In this document: one piece after another, positions 1-13,378 of the stretch | Layout: each line of letters begins with the position of its first letter | Numbering within the stretch: position 1 is the first letter of the stretch | Notes under the pieces: model-generated | Told to the model about the DNA's origin: nothing | What the model saw: only the letters and a program-made list of their open reading frames with translations | Databases searched by the model: none | DNA from: Squalus acanthias | Lineage: Eukaryota | NCBI GenBank assembly: GCA_030390025.1 | Contig: CM059433.1 | Coordinates: 26,972,001 to 27,036,000, forward strand | Length of the DNA stretch: 64,000 bases | Reading direction: 5' to 3' | Made by a program: the position numbers and the translations under genes

Positions 1-530
1 ATGAAGGGTGAGTATTACATAGCAGGTGAATATTACATGGCAGGTGAACATTAGAGACTGAGTACTGTATAGTTTGAATACTGTATCGTGGTGAGCATTA
101 TATGGGGCGTGAGTATTTTATGAATGGTGAGAGTATTATCTGAGGGGTTGAATTGGGAGTGTTTTATATGGGGTGTGGTTCTTGCAAAGAGGGGTGTATC
201 TTGTCTGGGAATATTACATGGGGTGTCAGTATTGTGTGGGCGATGTATTATATAGGAGTATAGGTATTGTGTGGGAGCTGTGGGTATTATCTGATGGGGG
301 TGTATGGTAGTATTATGAGGAATGAATGTTGTATTTGTCATGAGTATTATGAGGATGCGACTATTACAGAGCTGAGTATTCTGTGATATAAGCATTGTAT
401 GAAAGTTATATAGGAGTGAATATGTGCAGGTGAATATTATACAGGAGTGAGTATTATGAGTATATATGGCTTTTGTGAGCATTATTTGAAGGTGAGTGTT
501 ACATGAGGTTTGAGTATTATGATCAATGCA
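1..530. repeat. Degenerate low-complexity tandem repeat (GTGA(G/A)TATTA-like motif); resumes at about 2118-2340 after a LINE insertion
   Basis: Recurrent ggtgagtattac/gtgaatattat motifs in G/T-skewed sequence on both sides of the LINE. Confidence 0.6.
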
Positions 531-2117
531 TGCGTTTTTATTTTTTTAATTCATTCACGGGATGTGGGCGTCGCCAGTATTTATTGCCATCCCTAGTTGC
601 CCTTGGGAAGATGGTGGTGAGCTGCCTTCTTGAGACGCTGCAGTCCGTGTGGTGAAGGTACTCCCACAGTGCTGGAAGGGAGGGAGTTCCAAGAATTTTA
701 CCCAGCAACGATGAAGGAACGGTGATATATTTCCAAGTCAGGATGGTGTATGACTTGGAGGTGGTGGTATCCCCATACACCTGCTGCCCTTGTCCTTGTA
801 GGTGGTAAAGGTCGTGGGTTTGGGAGATGCTGTCAAAGAAGCCTTGGCGAGTTGCTGCCATGCATCTTGTAGATGGTACACACGGCAGCCACGTTGCGCC
901 GGTAGTGGAGCGAGTGAATGTTTAAGGTGGTGGATGCGATGCAGATCAAACGGGCTACTTTGTCATGGATGGTGTCGAGCTTCTTGAGTGTTGTTAGAGC
1001 TGCACTCATCCAGGCAAGTGGAGAGTATTCCATCACACTCCTTACTTGTGCCTTGTAGATGGTGGAAAGGCTTTGGGGAGTGGGGAGGTGAGTCTCTCGC
1101 TGGAGAATACCCAGCCTCTTGACCTGTTCTTGTAGCCACAGTATTTATGTGGCTGGTCCAGTTAAGTTGCTGATCAATGGTGACCCCTAGAATGTTGATA
1201 GTGGGGGATTTAGTGATGGTAATGCCATTTAATGACAAGGGGAAGTGGTTAGACTCTTGTTGGAGACGGTCATTGTCTGGCACATGTGTGGCGCAAATGT
1301 TACTTGCCACTTATCAGCCAAAGCCTGGATGTTGTCCAGGTCTTGCTGTATGCGGGCACTGACTGCTTCATTATCTGAGGAATTGCGAATGGAACTGAAC
1401 ACTGTGCAATCATCAGCGAACATCCCCACTTCTGACCTTCTGATGGAGGGAAAGTCATTGATGAAGCAGCTGAAGATGGTTGGGTCTAGGACACTGCCCG
1501 AAGGAACTCCTGCAGCGCTGTCTTGGGGCTGAGATACTTGGCCTTAAATAACCACAACCATCTTCCTCTGTGCTAGGTACGACTCCAGCCAGTGGAGAGT
1601 TTTCCCCCTGATTCCCATTGACTTCAATTTTACTAGGGCTTCTTGATGTCAAGGGCAGTCAATCTCAGCTCACCTCTGGAATTCAGCTCTTTTGTCCATG
1701 TTTGGACCAAGGCTGTAATGAGGTCTGGAGCCGAGTGGTCCTGGCGGAACCCAAACTGAGCATCAGTGAGCAGGTTATTGGTGAGTAAGTGCCGCTTCAT
1801 AGCACTGTCGACGACACCTTCCATCAGTTTGCTTATGATTGAGAGTATACTGATGGAGCGGTAATTGTCCAGATTGGATTTGTCCTGCTTTTTGTGGACA
1901 GGACATACCTGGGCAATTTTCCACTTTATCAGGTTGATGCCAGCATTGTAGCTGTACTGGAATAGCTTGGCTAAAGGCACGGCTAGTTCTGGAGCACAAG
2001 TCTTCATCACTACAGCCGGGATGTTGTCGGGTCCCATAGCCTTTGCTATATCCAGTGTGCTCAGCCGTTTCTTGATATCACGTGGAGCGAATCGAATTGG
2101 CTGAAGACTGGCATCTG
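531..2117 (-). mobile_element. 5'-truncated, degenerate CR1-group non-LTR retrotransposon (RT and 3' end)
   Basis: Minus-strand ORFs carry KAMGPDNIP, NYRSISILS, QFGFRQ, LDIK, MFADD and MEYSPLAW; A-rich 3' tail at 531-550. Confidence 0.85.
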
Positions 2118-2812
2118 AGAGTATTAAATTGGGAATAAACAATGGGGAGTGAATATTTGTTGTATTGGATTTTGTTGTATTGTATGGAGGGTGTATTGTC
2201 TGGGATTTGACTGGTGATTTTCTACAAGCTGTGAATATTAGATGGGTTGTATTATATGAAGGGGTCAGTGTTCAATGGAGGTGGTTATTCTATGTGGGCC
2301 TGATTATTATGTAACGTGTGTCATATGTGGGTGTTAGTAATTCACCCTCATACAGCTCAAAGTACCCTCTTGGCACAATCCAAATTTGGAAGGGTAAGGT
2401 TTATAATTGTACCGTATTTTCAGAGTTCATATCATGTGAGAAATCTTCTGTCCGCAATTACATTTCACTGAAATCTGAGTGACAAATAACACAGTGGGAA
2501 AGAAGGGGAAATAAAATATTCTGTTGAGGACGAACACAAATGCTGGCAAAATGTTTACAGAGCAGACATCAACATTTTTAGTGACTGAATATGAAATGTT
2601 GCCAATTCTTCCTCTTCCCTCCCAAAGCCATTTACACTGCTAGTTGGCCCAGACTACAATGTGTGTGAGAATATTTTCATTGTGATGTTGACATGGTAGA
2701 AATATTCACAAGTTGACAGAATGTGGTGGGATAAACATTAAACATTAGCGCTCAGGCTCCATTATTGGGATCAGTGAACTAGTTTATTGCCAGGTCAATC
2801 TCCTGTTGCAGA

Positions 2813-3110
2813 CAACAACTTGCATTTATATAGCGCCTTCAGCGTAGTAAAAACGTCCCACGGCGCTTCACTGGAGCGTAATCATACAAAAATTGACACT
2901 GAACCACATAAGGAGATAATAGGACAGGTAACCAAAAGCTTGTTTAAAGAGGTAGGTTTTTAAGGAAGGAAAAAGAGGCGGCGAGGTTTAGGGAAGGAAT
3001 TCGAGCTTAGGGCCCAGGCAGCTGAAGACACGGTCGCCAATGGTAGAGCGATGGAAAGTGGGGATGTGCAAGAGGCCATAATTGGAGGAGTGCAGAGATC
3101 TTGGTCAGGT
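2813..3110 (-). mobile_element. L2-type LINE 3' fragment (similar copies near 6873-7200, 11128-11300, 29881-30178)
   Basis: Shared acaacttgcatttatatagcgcc...gaccaaaagcttggtcaaagaggtaggtttt block; minus-strand GGRAFS..GP.LWNSLP and FKTLLKTYLF in the 6927-7308 ORFs. Confidence 0.7.
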
Positions 3111-3679
3111 AGCTATATTATTATTGTAGTTATTAGGGAGATGAATACATGCCAACTGTCGGTGTTTACTGACCCCAATCGGCGCAGATCTGTGCACTCT
3201 AGTCCCACTGCTCCCAGGTTCAGCGGCTACTGTACTGGACAGTCCCCTGTTCTTCCTTTTCATGCTTCCAGGCTAATGGCCCCGACTGCTGTCTTTGCAT
3301 ACTGGATATAGACTCGTGAGCATTAGAGCTCTCCTTTCCGATACTGAGGTGGCAGTCGGGGCCAGCAGTGCTAAAAGCACGTGAAGAGGAAGAGTGGAAC
3401 CTCGCCAGTGCATTGGTCACCAGACTCTGGTAGGAGCGGAGAGAAGAGGGAAAGCATAAAGGGGGGGGGCAAAAGAAAACAAGGGGACAGCAAGGAGAGA
3501 GAATGCAAGGAGAGAGAATGAAAGGGGAGGAAGTAGAATTCATGGCAAGGGGAGGAGATAAATGCATACCCTGGGGGAAGGGAAGAGGGTAGAGTTGTGT
3601 TTTAAAACAGTGAATTTGCACAAGTTTAAAGAAAGGCCACAGGTTGCATATTAGGGACTGGGTGGCAGTGAAGAGGAAG

Positions 3680-4495
3680 TAAGATGATTAAAGGATTTGA
3701 TGGGATAGGTAGAGAGGAACTATTTCCTGTGGTGGGAGAGTCAAGAGCAAGGGGCCATAATCTTAAAATTAGAGCTAGGCCATTCAGGGGTGATGTCAGG
3801 AAACACTTCACACAAAGGGTAGTGGAGATCTGGACCTTTCTCCTCCTCCAGAAAGCAGTTGAGGCTGGGGGGGGTCAGTTGAAAATTTAAAAACTGAGAT
3901 CGATAGATTTTTGTTAGGCAAGGGTATTAAGTGTTACGGGATCAAGGTGAGCAGTTGGAGTTAAGCTACAGATCAGCCATGATTTAATTGAATGGCGGAA
4001 CAGGCTCGAATAGGGTTGACAGCCCTCCAGGGTTGCCCAGGAGTTTCCAGGAATTAAAGATGAATCTCCAGGACACTGCTGGGAGCAAAAAACCCAAGGA
4101 GAAAATTCATTGGGATGTTAAATTGTGTGCTGCTTGTTTCATTTTCTTTGAACACTTTTGGTTATAAAAATATGACATGGAGACAAAAGGCTGTTTGAAT
4201 CATGCAAAGGGGTAATGAGTCTGTTTTCTTTCCAATTAGCAGGGAAGGCGAACGCAGCGAGGGTGGACATGTCGGGCAGCCAATGGTGGTAGTGTGGGGG
4301 TGGGGCGGTCGGAGGCAGGAGGTCATGTGATGACACCTCCAGGAATACGTCCAACCAGATTTGACAACCCTTGGCTTGAGGGGCAGAGTGGCCTCCTTCT
4401 GTTCCTTTGTAACAGGCTTGAGGGGCTGCATGGCCACCTGTTCCTATGTGATAGGCTCGAGGGGCTGAATGGCCTCCTGTTCCTATGTTTCTGCT
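3680..4495 (+). mobile_element. CR1 3' fragment interrupted by a hAT MITE; terminal ~40-bp unit triplicated at 4373-4490
   Basis: MIKGFD...RGHNLKIR...FTQRVVEIW; three ggct(c/t)gaggggc...tggcc...tgttcct units. Confidence 0.75.
4011..4372. mobile_element. Non-autonomous hAT-like element
   Basis: Ends TAGGGTTGACA...TTGACAACCCTT; flanking 8-mers ggctcgaa and ggcttgag (degenerate 8-bp TSD). Confidence 0.6.
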
Positions 4496-4584
4496 GAAAT
4501 AGTTTTAATAATGCCTTTTTCGATCTGTAGTGTTATTAACGTTTGTTTAATTTAACCTTTTCCCTCAGGGCTGGACAGGACATA

Positions 4585-6693
4585 ATGGAGCAACATCTGC
4601 ACTGCTTAAACTGTGTGAGCCGGCGTTGCATGGTCAGGCCGGAGACAAATGTGTCCTGTGACCTGATTGGCTGCCCCTTGGTGTGCGGAGCTGTCTTCCA
4701 CTCATGCAAAGCAGGTGAGCATCGCCTGCTGTGCCCCCTTGAGAGAGTGGCGTGTCTCAACAGCGAGTTCGGGTGCCCGTTTGTCATCGCGCGGAACAAG
4801 ATCGCTGAACACCTGGAGCTTTGCCCTGCCAGCGTGGTGTGCTGCACGATGGAATGGAATCGGTGGCCCGTGAGCTACGCAGACCGCAAGTCCTACGAAA
4901 GCTTAAGCAAAGACGGCGATGGGGTGGAGCAGTTGGACATGGCTTTAGCCCTTCAGGACCAACGGATGCTGCTCGAATCGCTCAAAGTCGTAACCACCGC
5001 TTCAAATTCAGCTGCCAAGCAGTTCAGAAATGCAGAGCAAATCCCCAGCGCTTCGGGAGCATCGGATGAATCCCCTTCCAGCAGTTTGCTGTCTGTGAAC
5101 GAAGAGGCCTACAGCGAACTGTACAGAGCCACGGTTGAAACGACCAGAACTTTAGCAGTGGCCCTTGACCTCTTGAACAATGCCACGAAAGACACGGAGT
5201 TGGCGAATGGGAGGTTGCCCGAGGAGCGATCTGAAAGGAATGGAGGTGTCCAGGTTGCCGAGGAGGATCCGTCTAAAGGACCGCACTTTGCAGAAGTTAA
5301 CAACGATCCTTGCAAAAGTGCGACAGAGGGAGGAGCGGTTGGTGGTGCAGATCATGGTGGTCCGCCTTGGAGGGATTGGAACTTGTGTGTGGAGGAAAAT
5401 GGGTTTCATGCATTGTCGGAAATGGTAACTGAAGCGAATGATGGTGCCGATGGATGCATTCATCTAAAGACAAGTGCCTTATGTAATGGCTTCCACGAAG
5501 CGGATGTGAACACTTACGCATTGGATCAGGAGGGAATGGATTCGTACGATTGTGATCAAGTGGAAGAGGCGATGAATGGGTCGTGCCATGAAAATGACAT
5601 GGATTGCGATGGGAGTTCGTCGGAGCCTGATCACTTTTTGCCTGTGTTTGCACAATTACTCACCGTGGAAAGTTTGTTACACCCGGATCGTTTTCAGGAA
5701 GGCTCCGTGCCTTCTGATCCTTGTGGAGTGAGAAAGTTAGCCAACAGACCCGCTGAGCGCCAAGCACTGAAGAACGTTGCCACTTTCAAACTGCTAGAAG
5801 GGCACAATGGGCGTCGGCCGTATCTTGGGGATTTGAATTGGTATAGGAAAAAAATGGAAAGCAAAGCAGTTGATACGTCTGATCTGGAGGTAGATGACGA
5901 CCCTCTGGAATTACAGGGAATCGATCTGATCACAGCCGCTTTATTGTTCTGTTTAGGAGACTCTCCCAGTGGCAGAGGGATTTCTGACAGTCGCAGTGTT
6001 GATGGAAACCATGTCGATTTGGGCACGCAGACGTTCTCGTTCCCGGCGGCCATATTAGCTACCAATACCACGGTCGGAGAGATCGCCTCTGCGTCCGCTT
6101 GTGACCACGCAAACCCTCAGCTGTCAAACCCAAGCCCTTTCCAGACACTTGGGCTGGACCTGGTCCTGGAGTGTGTGACCAGACACCAAACAAAGCAACG
6201 CTCAATGTTCACTTTTGTGTGCGGCCAGTTCTTCAGGAGAGACGAGTTCCCTTCTCACTTTAAGAATGTGCATGGGGACATTCACGCCGGCCTCAATGGC
6301 TGGTTGGAACACCGATGTCCCTTGGCCTATTATGGCTGCACCTATTCCCAGAGACGGTTCTGCCCTTCTACCCAGGGTTCCAGAGTCATTCACGATCGGC
6401 ATCTGAAGTCCTTTGGAGTCCAACCATGTGTACCGTCTGTTTTGCTGGACACCCTAGAGAGTCGGATACCCGGCCTAGGACTGGCTGTTGACCAACTGAG
6501 CAGGCTGCCCTTTGAGATTTTGCAGCATATTGCTGGATTTCTAGACGGGTTCAGTTTGTCACAGCTTTCAGAAGTGTCACACTTAATGAGGGACGTATGC
6601 GCAAGTCTGCTGCAGGTTCGGGGAATGGTTATCCTACTTTGGGAAAAAAGGCAGGACCTTCACGGAAAGACCTCTTGGAAAACAAAAGGCAAG
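4585..6693 (+). CDS. FBXO30: F-box only protein 30, large first coding exon (TRAF-type zinc finger, acidic linker, F-box)
   Basis: Acceptor tccctcag ends at 4568; ATG at 4585; HCLNCVSRRC...CPLVCGAVFHSCK...CCTMEWNRWPVSYADRKSYE closely resembles vertebrate FBXO30; F-box LSRLPFEILQHIAGFLDGFSL; phase-0 donor AAG|gtttgt at 6694. Confidence 0.95.
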
Positions 6694-7924
6694 GTTTGTG
6701 ATTTGTTTCTTTCTGGTTTTTTTCCCCCATTCGTTTTGCTGTGAGTATAAGCAAAGCATCAAGAGACAACATGTACCTCAGGATCTGACGGTACAAAACT
6801 GAACCGGCTTAAAGTAAAGGGTACATTCAACTATCACTGACCGTTAGTGTTGTAGGTGACTTTTTCCACATACAACAACTTGCATTTCTATAGCGCCATT
6901 AACGTAGTAAAAAGCCCTAATGCACTTCACAGGAGCATTAACACACAGAATTTGACACCGAGCCACATAAGATATTGGAATAGGTGAGCAAAAGCTTGGT
7001 GAAAGAGGTAGGTTTTAAGGAGCGTCTTAAAGGAGGAGAGAGAGGTGGAGAGGTTTAGGGAGGGAATTCCAAAGGTTAGGGCCCAGGCAGCTGAAGGCAC
7101 GGCCGCCAATGGTGGAGCGATTAAAATCAGGGATGCACAAGAGGCCAGAATTGGATAGGTGCGGAGATATCGAAGGGTTGTAGGGCTGGAGGATGGGGAG
7201 GGGGCGAGGCAATATAAGACATGACTTAAATAATCTAAAGTATTTCTTGCTAAAGGGTAGATGAAGTCTCATCCCAAGCAGGCTGTGGCTCACAATGTGG
7301 TGTGACAAAAATGAAGGTTATTGGCTTGTTGTATTTTGGGGTTTGTTCCTCTTGTGATGGTTTCTTGGGGTTAAAACTGGGTTCAGCTCGAGAAATGAGC
7401 TCCTGCTGGCGGCTACACAAGCACTGGGTCCACAGGTGACGTGGCTGCAAGTAGCTGCTACGGAGCCAGGTGCCTTGATAATATGGTTAAATGGCCAAGG
7501 AATTCAATTCAAACTACTAACCCACAGGATGTCCCAGGCCTGCGAGAATAGTCTGTATTTGACTAGTCTTCATGGCTACCTATCTGCTGCAGTTATGAGA
7601 AGAATGTTTTAATCTCCTCTTTATGGTCTATTTTCAGAGTTATTCTGGTATGTCTCGGGTTGACTTTACACCAGGACTGTATCGGTGTGAGAATTTACAC
7701 CGAGACTAACCTAAAATCAATGCACATTTTTTAAATTTTGAAAAAACAAATATTTTCTATATAGCCCATTAATTATTTATGCTGGCCTTCTATTTGTTAA
7801 CTGGTTATATATAGTCTGTTGTTTAAATGACCAGACCATTCATTTGTGATTGCTTGTACTGCGCCATTATTGTTAAATGGTTGTACCTGGGCCGTTAAAA
7901 ATTTATACCAGGACCATTCTTAAA

Positions 7925-8500
7925 TAGATCCAACGGGTATACAGCACAGAAAGAGGCCATTCGGCCTATCGTGACTGTGCCGGCTCTTTGCTGGAGCAGT
8001 CCAAAACTATTCCCACTGCCCCGCTCTCTCCCTTAGCTCTGTATCTTTCTCTGCTTTCAACATTTACCCAATTTGTCCTTAAAAGATGTAATGGTCTCTG
8101 CCTCAACCATTCCCTGTGGCAAAGCATTACATGCTCCAGCTTTAAGAAATTTCTCCTCATCTCGCTCCTCACTGACCATTTTAAATTGATGATCCCCTGT
8201 CACTGACTCTCCAGTCAGAGGGAATAGTTGTTCACTCTTCTCAAAACCCTTCAGAATTTAAAAAATCCATTACAGCTCCGCTTAGACTTAATCTGCTGCG
8301 GTGCAATATACCCCATATCGCGAGTCTCCTCATAATACCAGGTTTCTTGTATCTGGTATCATCCCGGTAAATCTATGTTGTACACTTTCTATGGCTTTAA
8401 TGTCATTTCTGTAATGGCATGCCCAAAAACAGTACTCCTAGCTATTGTACACATTTATCATCATCTCTCTCTCTTTGTACTCTGCTCCTTTTCTAAAACC
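7925..8500 (-). mobile_element. Degenerate CR1 3' fragment
   Basis: Minus-strand RSEMRRNF and CR1-type 3' UTR sequence. Confidence 0.65.
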
Positions 8501-8560
8501 AAAATGCTACTGGCCGCCTTACGGCTTTATCCAACTGCACGCGTACCGTCAAAGAATATT

Positions 8561-9240
8561 GGGCCAGATCTTGCTGGAAAAATAACGGCATGTTAATGAC
8601 TCACGCCGTTATGTGCAAATCGGCCAGCGAGTTCAGGGGATTGAGATGTGCCGTGAGTTCCGAATCTCCAGAACTTGCTGGCCGATTTACGGTGCTCCAC
8701 CGTTTGTTTCGCACAGACGGCATCTCGCCCTTAGCCTCCCCGTTATTTTAAGAAGTTGCTGGATTTGCACATTAATTGCTCATTAAACTCACTGCAGAAA
8801 TTCAGGACTGGTCATTCAGATCAGACGTACCCTTTAAATTGTTGGCGGTTTAAAAAATGTCAAATTTAAATTAATTTTTTTAAATTTTTCTCTCAATTCA
8901 ATTTTTTTCCCCTCTATAGTCCCAAAACGCTCCCTCCCCCCTCCCCCCAAAACCCGGACATGCCCCGCGCTCCCCTTCCCCACCCGGACATGCCCCCCCC
9001 CCCCCCCCCCAAAAAAAAACCCGGACATGCCCCGTGCTCCCCTTCCTCACCTGGACATGCCTCCCACACGCACCCCCCCCCCCCCCCCCCCCCCCCCGGC
9101 TGGACAGTACGGTCTCGACAATACAGCCCAGGACCCTGTTTGCTTTGGGAGCAGCTGCCTATCACAGCACTTAAACTTTAGGGGGTGTTCAGTGACCACC
9201 TCCAAACCTAAAATTAAAAAGTTCGGGAAGAGATAGCAGA
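8561..9240. mobile_element. Harbinger-type MITE fragment with C-rich centre (poly-C runs, repeated ggacatgcc)
   Basis: Starts ggccagatcttgc, resembling other MITE ends here; four ggacatgcc units at 8955-9062; right TIR not found. Confidence 0.4.
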
Positions 9241-9254
9241 TGCACTATTATTAC

Positions 9255-10980
9255 ATATATATAAAAATTCATATGGATTGGGAATTGTGCCAGATGACTG
9301 ATGGACAGCTAATGTTATTCCTATATTTAAAGGGGGAGATAGAACAAGTCCAGGGAACTATAGACTAGTTAGCTTAACGTCGGTGGTAGGAAAGATAATG
9401 GAATCTTTACTCAAAGATATAATAGAAACACATCTAGAAACCGAAAATATAATAAAAAGTAGTCGGCACGGATTTCAAAAGGGGCTTGACCAACCTTATT
9501 TGAATTCTTTGAGGAAGTAGCAGAAAGAGTGGACAAAGGTAATGCAGATGACGAACTATATTTGGAATTCCAAAAAGCCTTCGATAAGTTACCTATAAGT
9601 AGACTATAGCAGAATGAATAGCAAGCTGGTTACGAAACAGAAAACAGAAAGTATGGTTAAAGAAAGTTAGTCAGATTGGCAAATGGCAGGAAGTGGTGTT
9701 CCACAAGGATCGATGGTGGGACCACTGCTGTTAGCCATTTACATAAACGATTTGGATTCTGGAATCGAAGTACAATTTCAAAATTTGTGGCCGACATCAA
9801 ATTGGGGGGTGTACTTAATACAGAGGAGAACTGCGACAAAATCCAGGAAGACATTAATAAATTTGCAGAATGGACATATAATTGGCAAATTAAATTCAAT
9901 ATACAGGAAACTCTCGTTTAAACGGCACCTAAATATCCGGAATTCTCTAATAACCGGCAGAATTCATACTCCGAAAACTACAGTATACAGTCGTTTATAA
10001 GTTTTATTTTACGGTTAAGTAATTAGAGTTATGGATTACCCTCAACTGGCATTACTGTACTTAATCAAGCATCTTCCACCGTCCATTTAACACAACATTC
10101 TGTAGGGGAGTACCCAATTATACTGCACATTTCTTGATTTTTTTATTTTTGTTTGTTAAAAATAGCCTCGGTAGATATACCTCTCCGTTATCCGGAATTT
10201 TAAAATCAACCGGCACCATCCCGGTCCCGTCGGTGCCGGATACGAAAGAGTTTCCTGTAGGTAAGTGTGAGGTGGTACATTTTGGTAGGAAGAATATTGT
10301 GGCCACATAGTCCTTGGAAAATGTGTCTAAATGGAGTAGAGGTTATCTGGGGGTACAGATAGACAAATCACTAAAAGCAGCGGCGCAGGTTAATAAGGCT
10401 ATAAAAAAAAAGCAAACAAAGCACTGGCATTCTAGAGGGATAGAATTGACAAGTGGGGAAGTTATGCTAAACTTGTATCGAACCTTGGTTAGACCACACT
10501 TGGAGTACTGTGAACCGTTCTGGTCTCCATATTATAAAAAGGATATAGAGGCACTGGAGAAGGTGCAAAAAAGATTTACTAGAATGATACCAGAATTGTG
10601 AGGTTATACCGATCAGGGAAGATTGATCAGGCTGGGGCTCTTTTTTCTAGAAAAGAGAAGGCTGAGGGGGTGACCTGATCGACGTCTTTAAAATTATGAA
10701 AGGGTTTGATAGGGTAGATGTAGAGAAGATGTTTCCACTTGTGGGGGTGACCAGAACTAGGGGCCATAAATATAAAATAGTCACTAATAAATCCAATAGT
10801 GAAGTCAGGAGAAACTTCTTTACCCAGCGATTGGTGAGAATGTGGAACACGAAGGGTATGCTGATAGGATTAGATGAAGTAGGGTTGGGAGGAGGCTCAG
10901 GTGGAGCATAAGCGCCAGCATGGACCTGTTGAGCCGAATGGCCTGTTTCTGTGCTGTAAATACTATATAATTCTATGTAA
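9255..10980 (+). mobile_element. Degenerate CR1 ORF2 3' part, interrupted by a TA-flanked MITE
   Basis: SGVPQGS, YINDLD, KFVAD, LVRPHLEYC, RGHKYKI and RRNFFTQR in successive frames. Confidence 0.85.
9904..10257. mobile_element. Tc1/mariner-pogo (Tigger-like) MITE
   Basis: TIRs CAGGAAACTCTCGTTTA...GAAAGAGTTTCCTG; TA on both sides. Confidence 0.75.
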
Positions 10981-12639
10981 AACCTCTCACTTCCTGTCAC
11001 CTATAACCTGCACCCACTAATGTTACACTCTGTGAATTCCATGCAATTGCACTTGTAACTATATGGAATGATATTTGCCAGTCTTGGCGCCCAGTTCCCC
11101 AATCTATCCAGTTCCAGTTGTACTATAACAACAACTTGTATTTATATAGCACCTTTAATGGAGTAAAATGTTCACAGGAGCGATTATCAGACAAAAATTG
11201 ACACCGAGCTGCAGAAGGACATATTAGGACAGGTGACCAAAAGCTTGGTCAAAGATGGAGGGAGTGTTTTAAAGGAGGAGAAAGAGGCAGAGAGGTTTAG
11301 GACTTTATTTCCTGCTGTACAAATGAGTATTGTCTGCGAATTGCAGGGCCCTGCTCCAGATCTTTAATAAACATGATAAGCAGGAGGGGAGGCAGCACTA
11401 GTGACCGAACCCCATTGGGAGCAACTTTGTTTAAATTACCTCTTGCCTACAGTCCTTTAACCAATTTGCAATCCATCCAGAAATATCCCCCTTGGCACCA
11501 TGCGATTTAATTTTACCAGAGGCCCTTCTAGCACTTTATTGAAAGCCTTTTTTGAAATCCAAGTGGATGACCTCCACCAGAGTTCCCTGGTCTACTGTTT
11601 TAGTTGTAACTTTAAAAAAAAAATGGGATTAAGTTTGTTAAACATGACCTCTCTGAAGCTGAGTTGAATGTCCCCTATCATGCCCGAGAGATCTAGCTGA
11701 TCATTAATAGTATCTGAAGTGATGCTTTGTTAATTTCCCCACTGCCAGAGTTAAACTCACCAATTGACCAGCTGCCAGGTTGTGATTTTTAATCTCTTTT
11801 TAAATGAGGGCCTCACGTGCTTTCCTGCAATCATCGGGGAGTCCCCTGATTCTCAGTGAACGATTGAAAATATCTCCTCGGGCCTCGCACATGGGATCTA
11901 CCATTTCATTTGGTGCCCAACGACAAACAACTAACTAAACCTGACCCTGATGCTGTATCCACTTCGAGCCCCTTTAATTTAACATCCCTTGAGATATTTA
12001 GCAACCTATTTGAGTGTTTTATCTGCTGTACAAAGGGACAGGTCCAACCGCAGCTAAAAACAGAATGTGTTCAATTCATCTGCCATACCCATGTCACCAT
12101 CTCAAATTCTGCCCACATCGCCCTGCAACAGTTCTCCAACTCAGAACTTAAGGAAAAACTGCTTTCTCGTTATACGGGCTGTGTTCAATATATTGTCCGT
12201 TCAAGATTGATTTTAGATCTGCTTCTAGTATTTCTTTTTGTTAATATTAATTCCTTTCTATACCATTGTCTGTCCAAATGACTATTGCTCATTTTCTGAA
12301 CTTTTAATGAGTGCAAATTGCCCAAGTCCCCATGACGATATTGGCCCGTATTTTGCAGTCAGCGGCGAAGGAACGGCGCTCGTCGTTCACCTTGCTGACA
12401 GCTGCCCAGAGTTTTTACGGGCTTTAGAGTGGAGCCTTGCTGTCATCGGATGTCTGTTCCAGCACAGCGCCCTCTACAGGGGATCTGTGGTATGTGTGAG
12501 CAGGACAAGCAACAGCGAAGCTCTTCAACCAATCAGATTAAAGAATCCTCACTGAGACACGCAGAGTCTAAACCAGGAATTATAAATTAGATTTAAATCA
12601 TGTACAGAAAGCAAAATAAAAATTAAGAAAGCTGGGAAA

Positions 12640-13160
12640 GTGTCAGCTGTGGCTCAGTTGATGGCACACTCGCCTCTGAGTCAGAAGGTTGTGGTTCAGA
12701 AGGGTCCCAGACCTGAAACGTTAACTCTGTGTCTCTCTCCACGGATGCTGCCTGGCCTGCTGAGTGTTTCCAGCATTTTCTGTTATTTAAAAAAAAAAGC
12801 TAGGCTGACACTCCAGTGCAGTGCTGAGGGAGTGCTGCACTGTCTGAGGTGCCGTCTTTCGGATGAGACGTTCACCTGCTCTCAGGTGAACGTAAAAGTT
12901 CCCATGGCACTATTTCGAAGAAGAGCAGGGTAGTTATCCCCGGTGTCCTGGCCAATATTTATCCCTCAACCAACATAACAAAAACAGATTATCTGGTCAT
13001 TATCACATTGCTGTTTGTAGGAGCTTGCTGTGTGCAAATTGGCTGCCACCTTTCCCACATTACAACAGTGACTCCACTTCAAAAAGTACTTCATTGGCTG
13101 TAAAGCGCTTTGAGATGTCCGGTGGTTGTGAAAGGCACTGTATAAATGCAAGTCTTTTTT
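12640..13160 (+). mobile_element. tRNA-derived Deu-domain SINE (SacSINE1/AmnSINE-like). Other copies or fragments near 19400-19660, 20885-21790, 23375-23770(-), 24710-24895(-), 26104-26200, 27024-27575, 45030-45210, 47815-48205(-)
   Basis: tRNA-like head gtggctcag...ggttca; central cccatggcactattt...gtcctggccaatatttatccctcaacc core; L2-like tail ending tataaatgcaagt. Confidence 0.8.
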
Positions 13161-13378
13161 TCTTTAGAGATAAAAGAGAGAGAGATAAGAGACAGAGAAA
13201 GTAAAAAAATAATTATTTTTTAAAAAACCTCCAACACTAATTAACCTTTTGGAGGAATCAGGGCCAGAGAGGTTGTTTGGCAGAAATTATGACTTAAAAT
13301 GGCATTAAAAATTCACTTACACCTGACTTTACCAGCAACTTTTTCTGCCATTTTTAGTGGGTAACTAATGTGTAAATA

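Noticed and set aside
51..482. 143-aa His/Thr/Ile-rich ORF
   Set aside because: By-product of a strand-skewed degenerate repeat.
4543..6744. The 733-aa ORF as a complete single-exon gene
   Set aside because: Both ends run into introns: the acceptor ends at 4568, the ATG is at 4585 and the donor is at 6694. The C-terminus is on the exon at 14479.
8834..9236. Pro-rich and Gly-rich ORFs
   Set aside because: They come from poly-C tracts within a MITE-like sequence, and homopolymer lengths may be unreliable.
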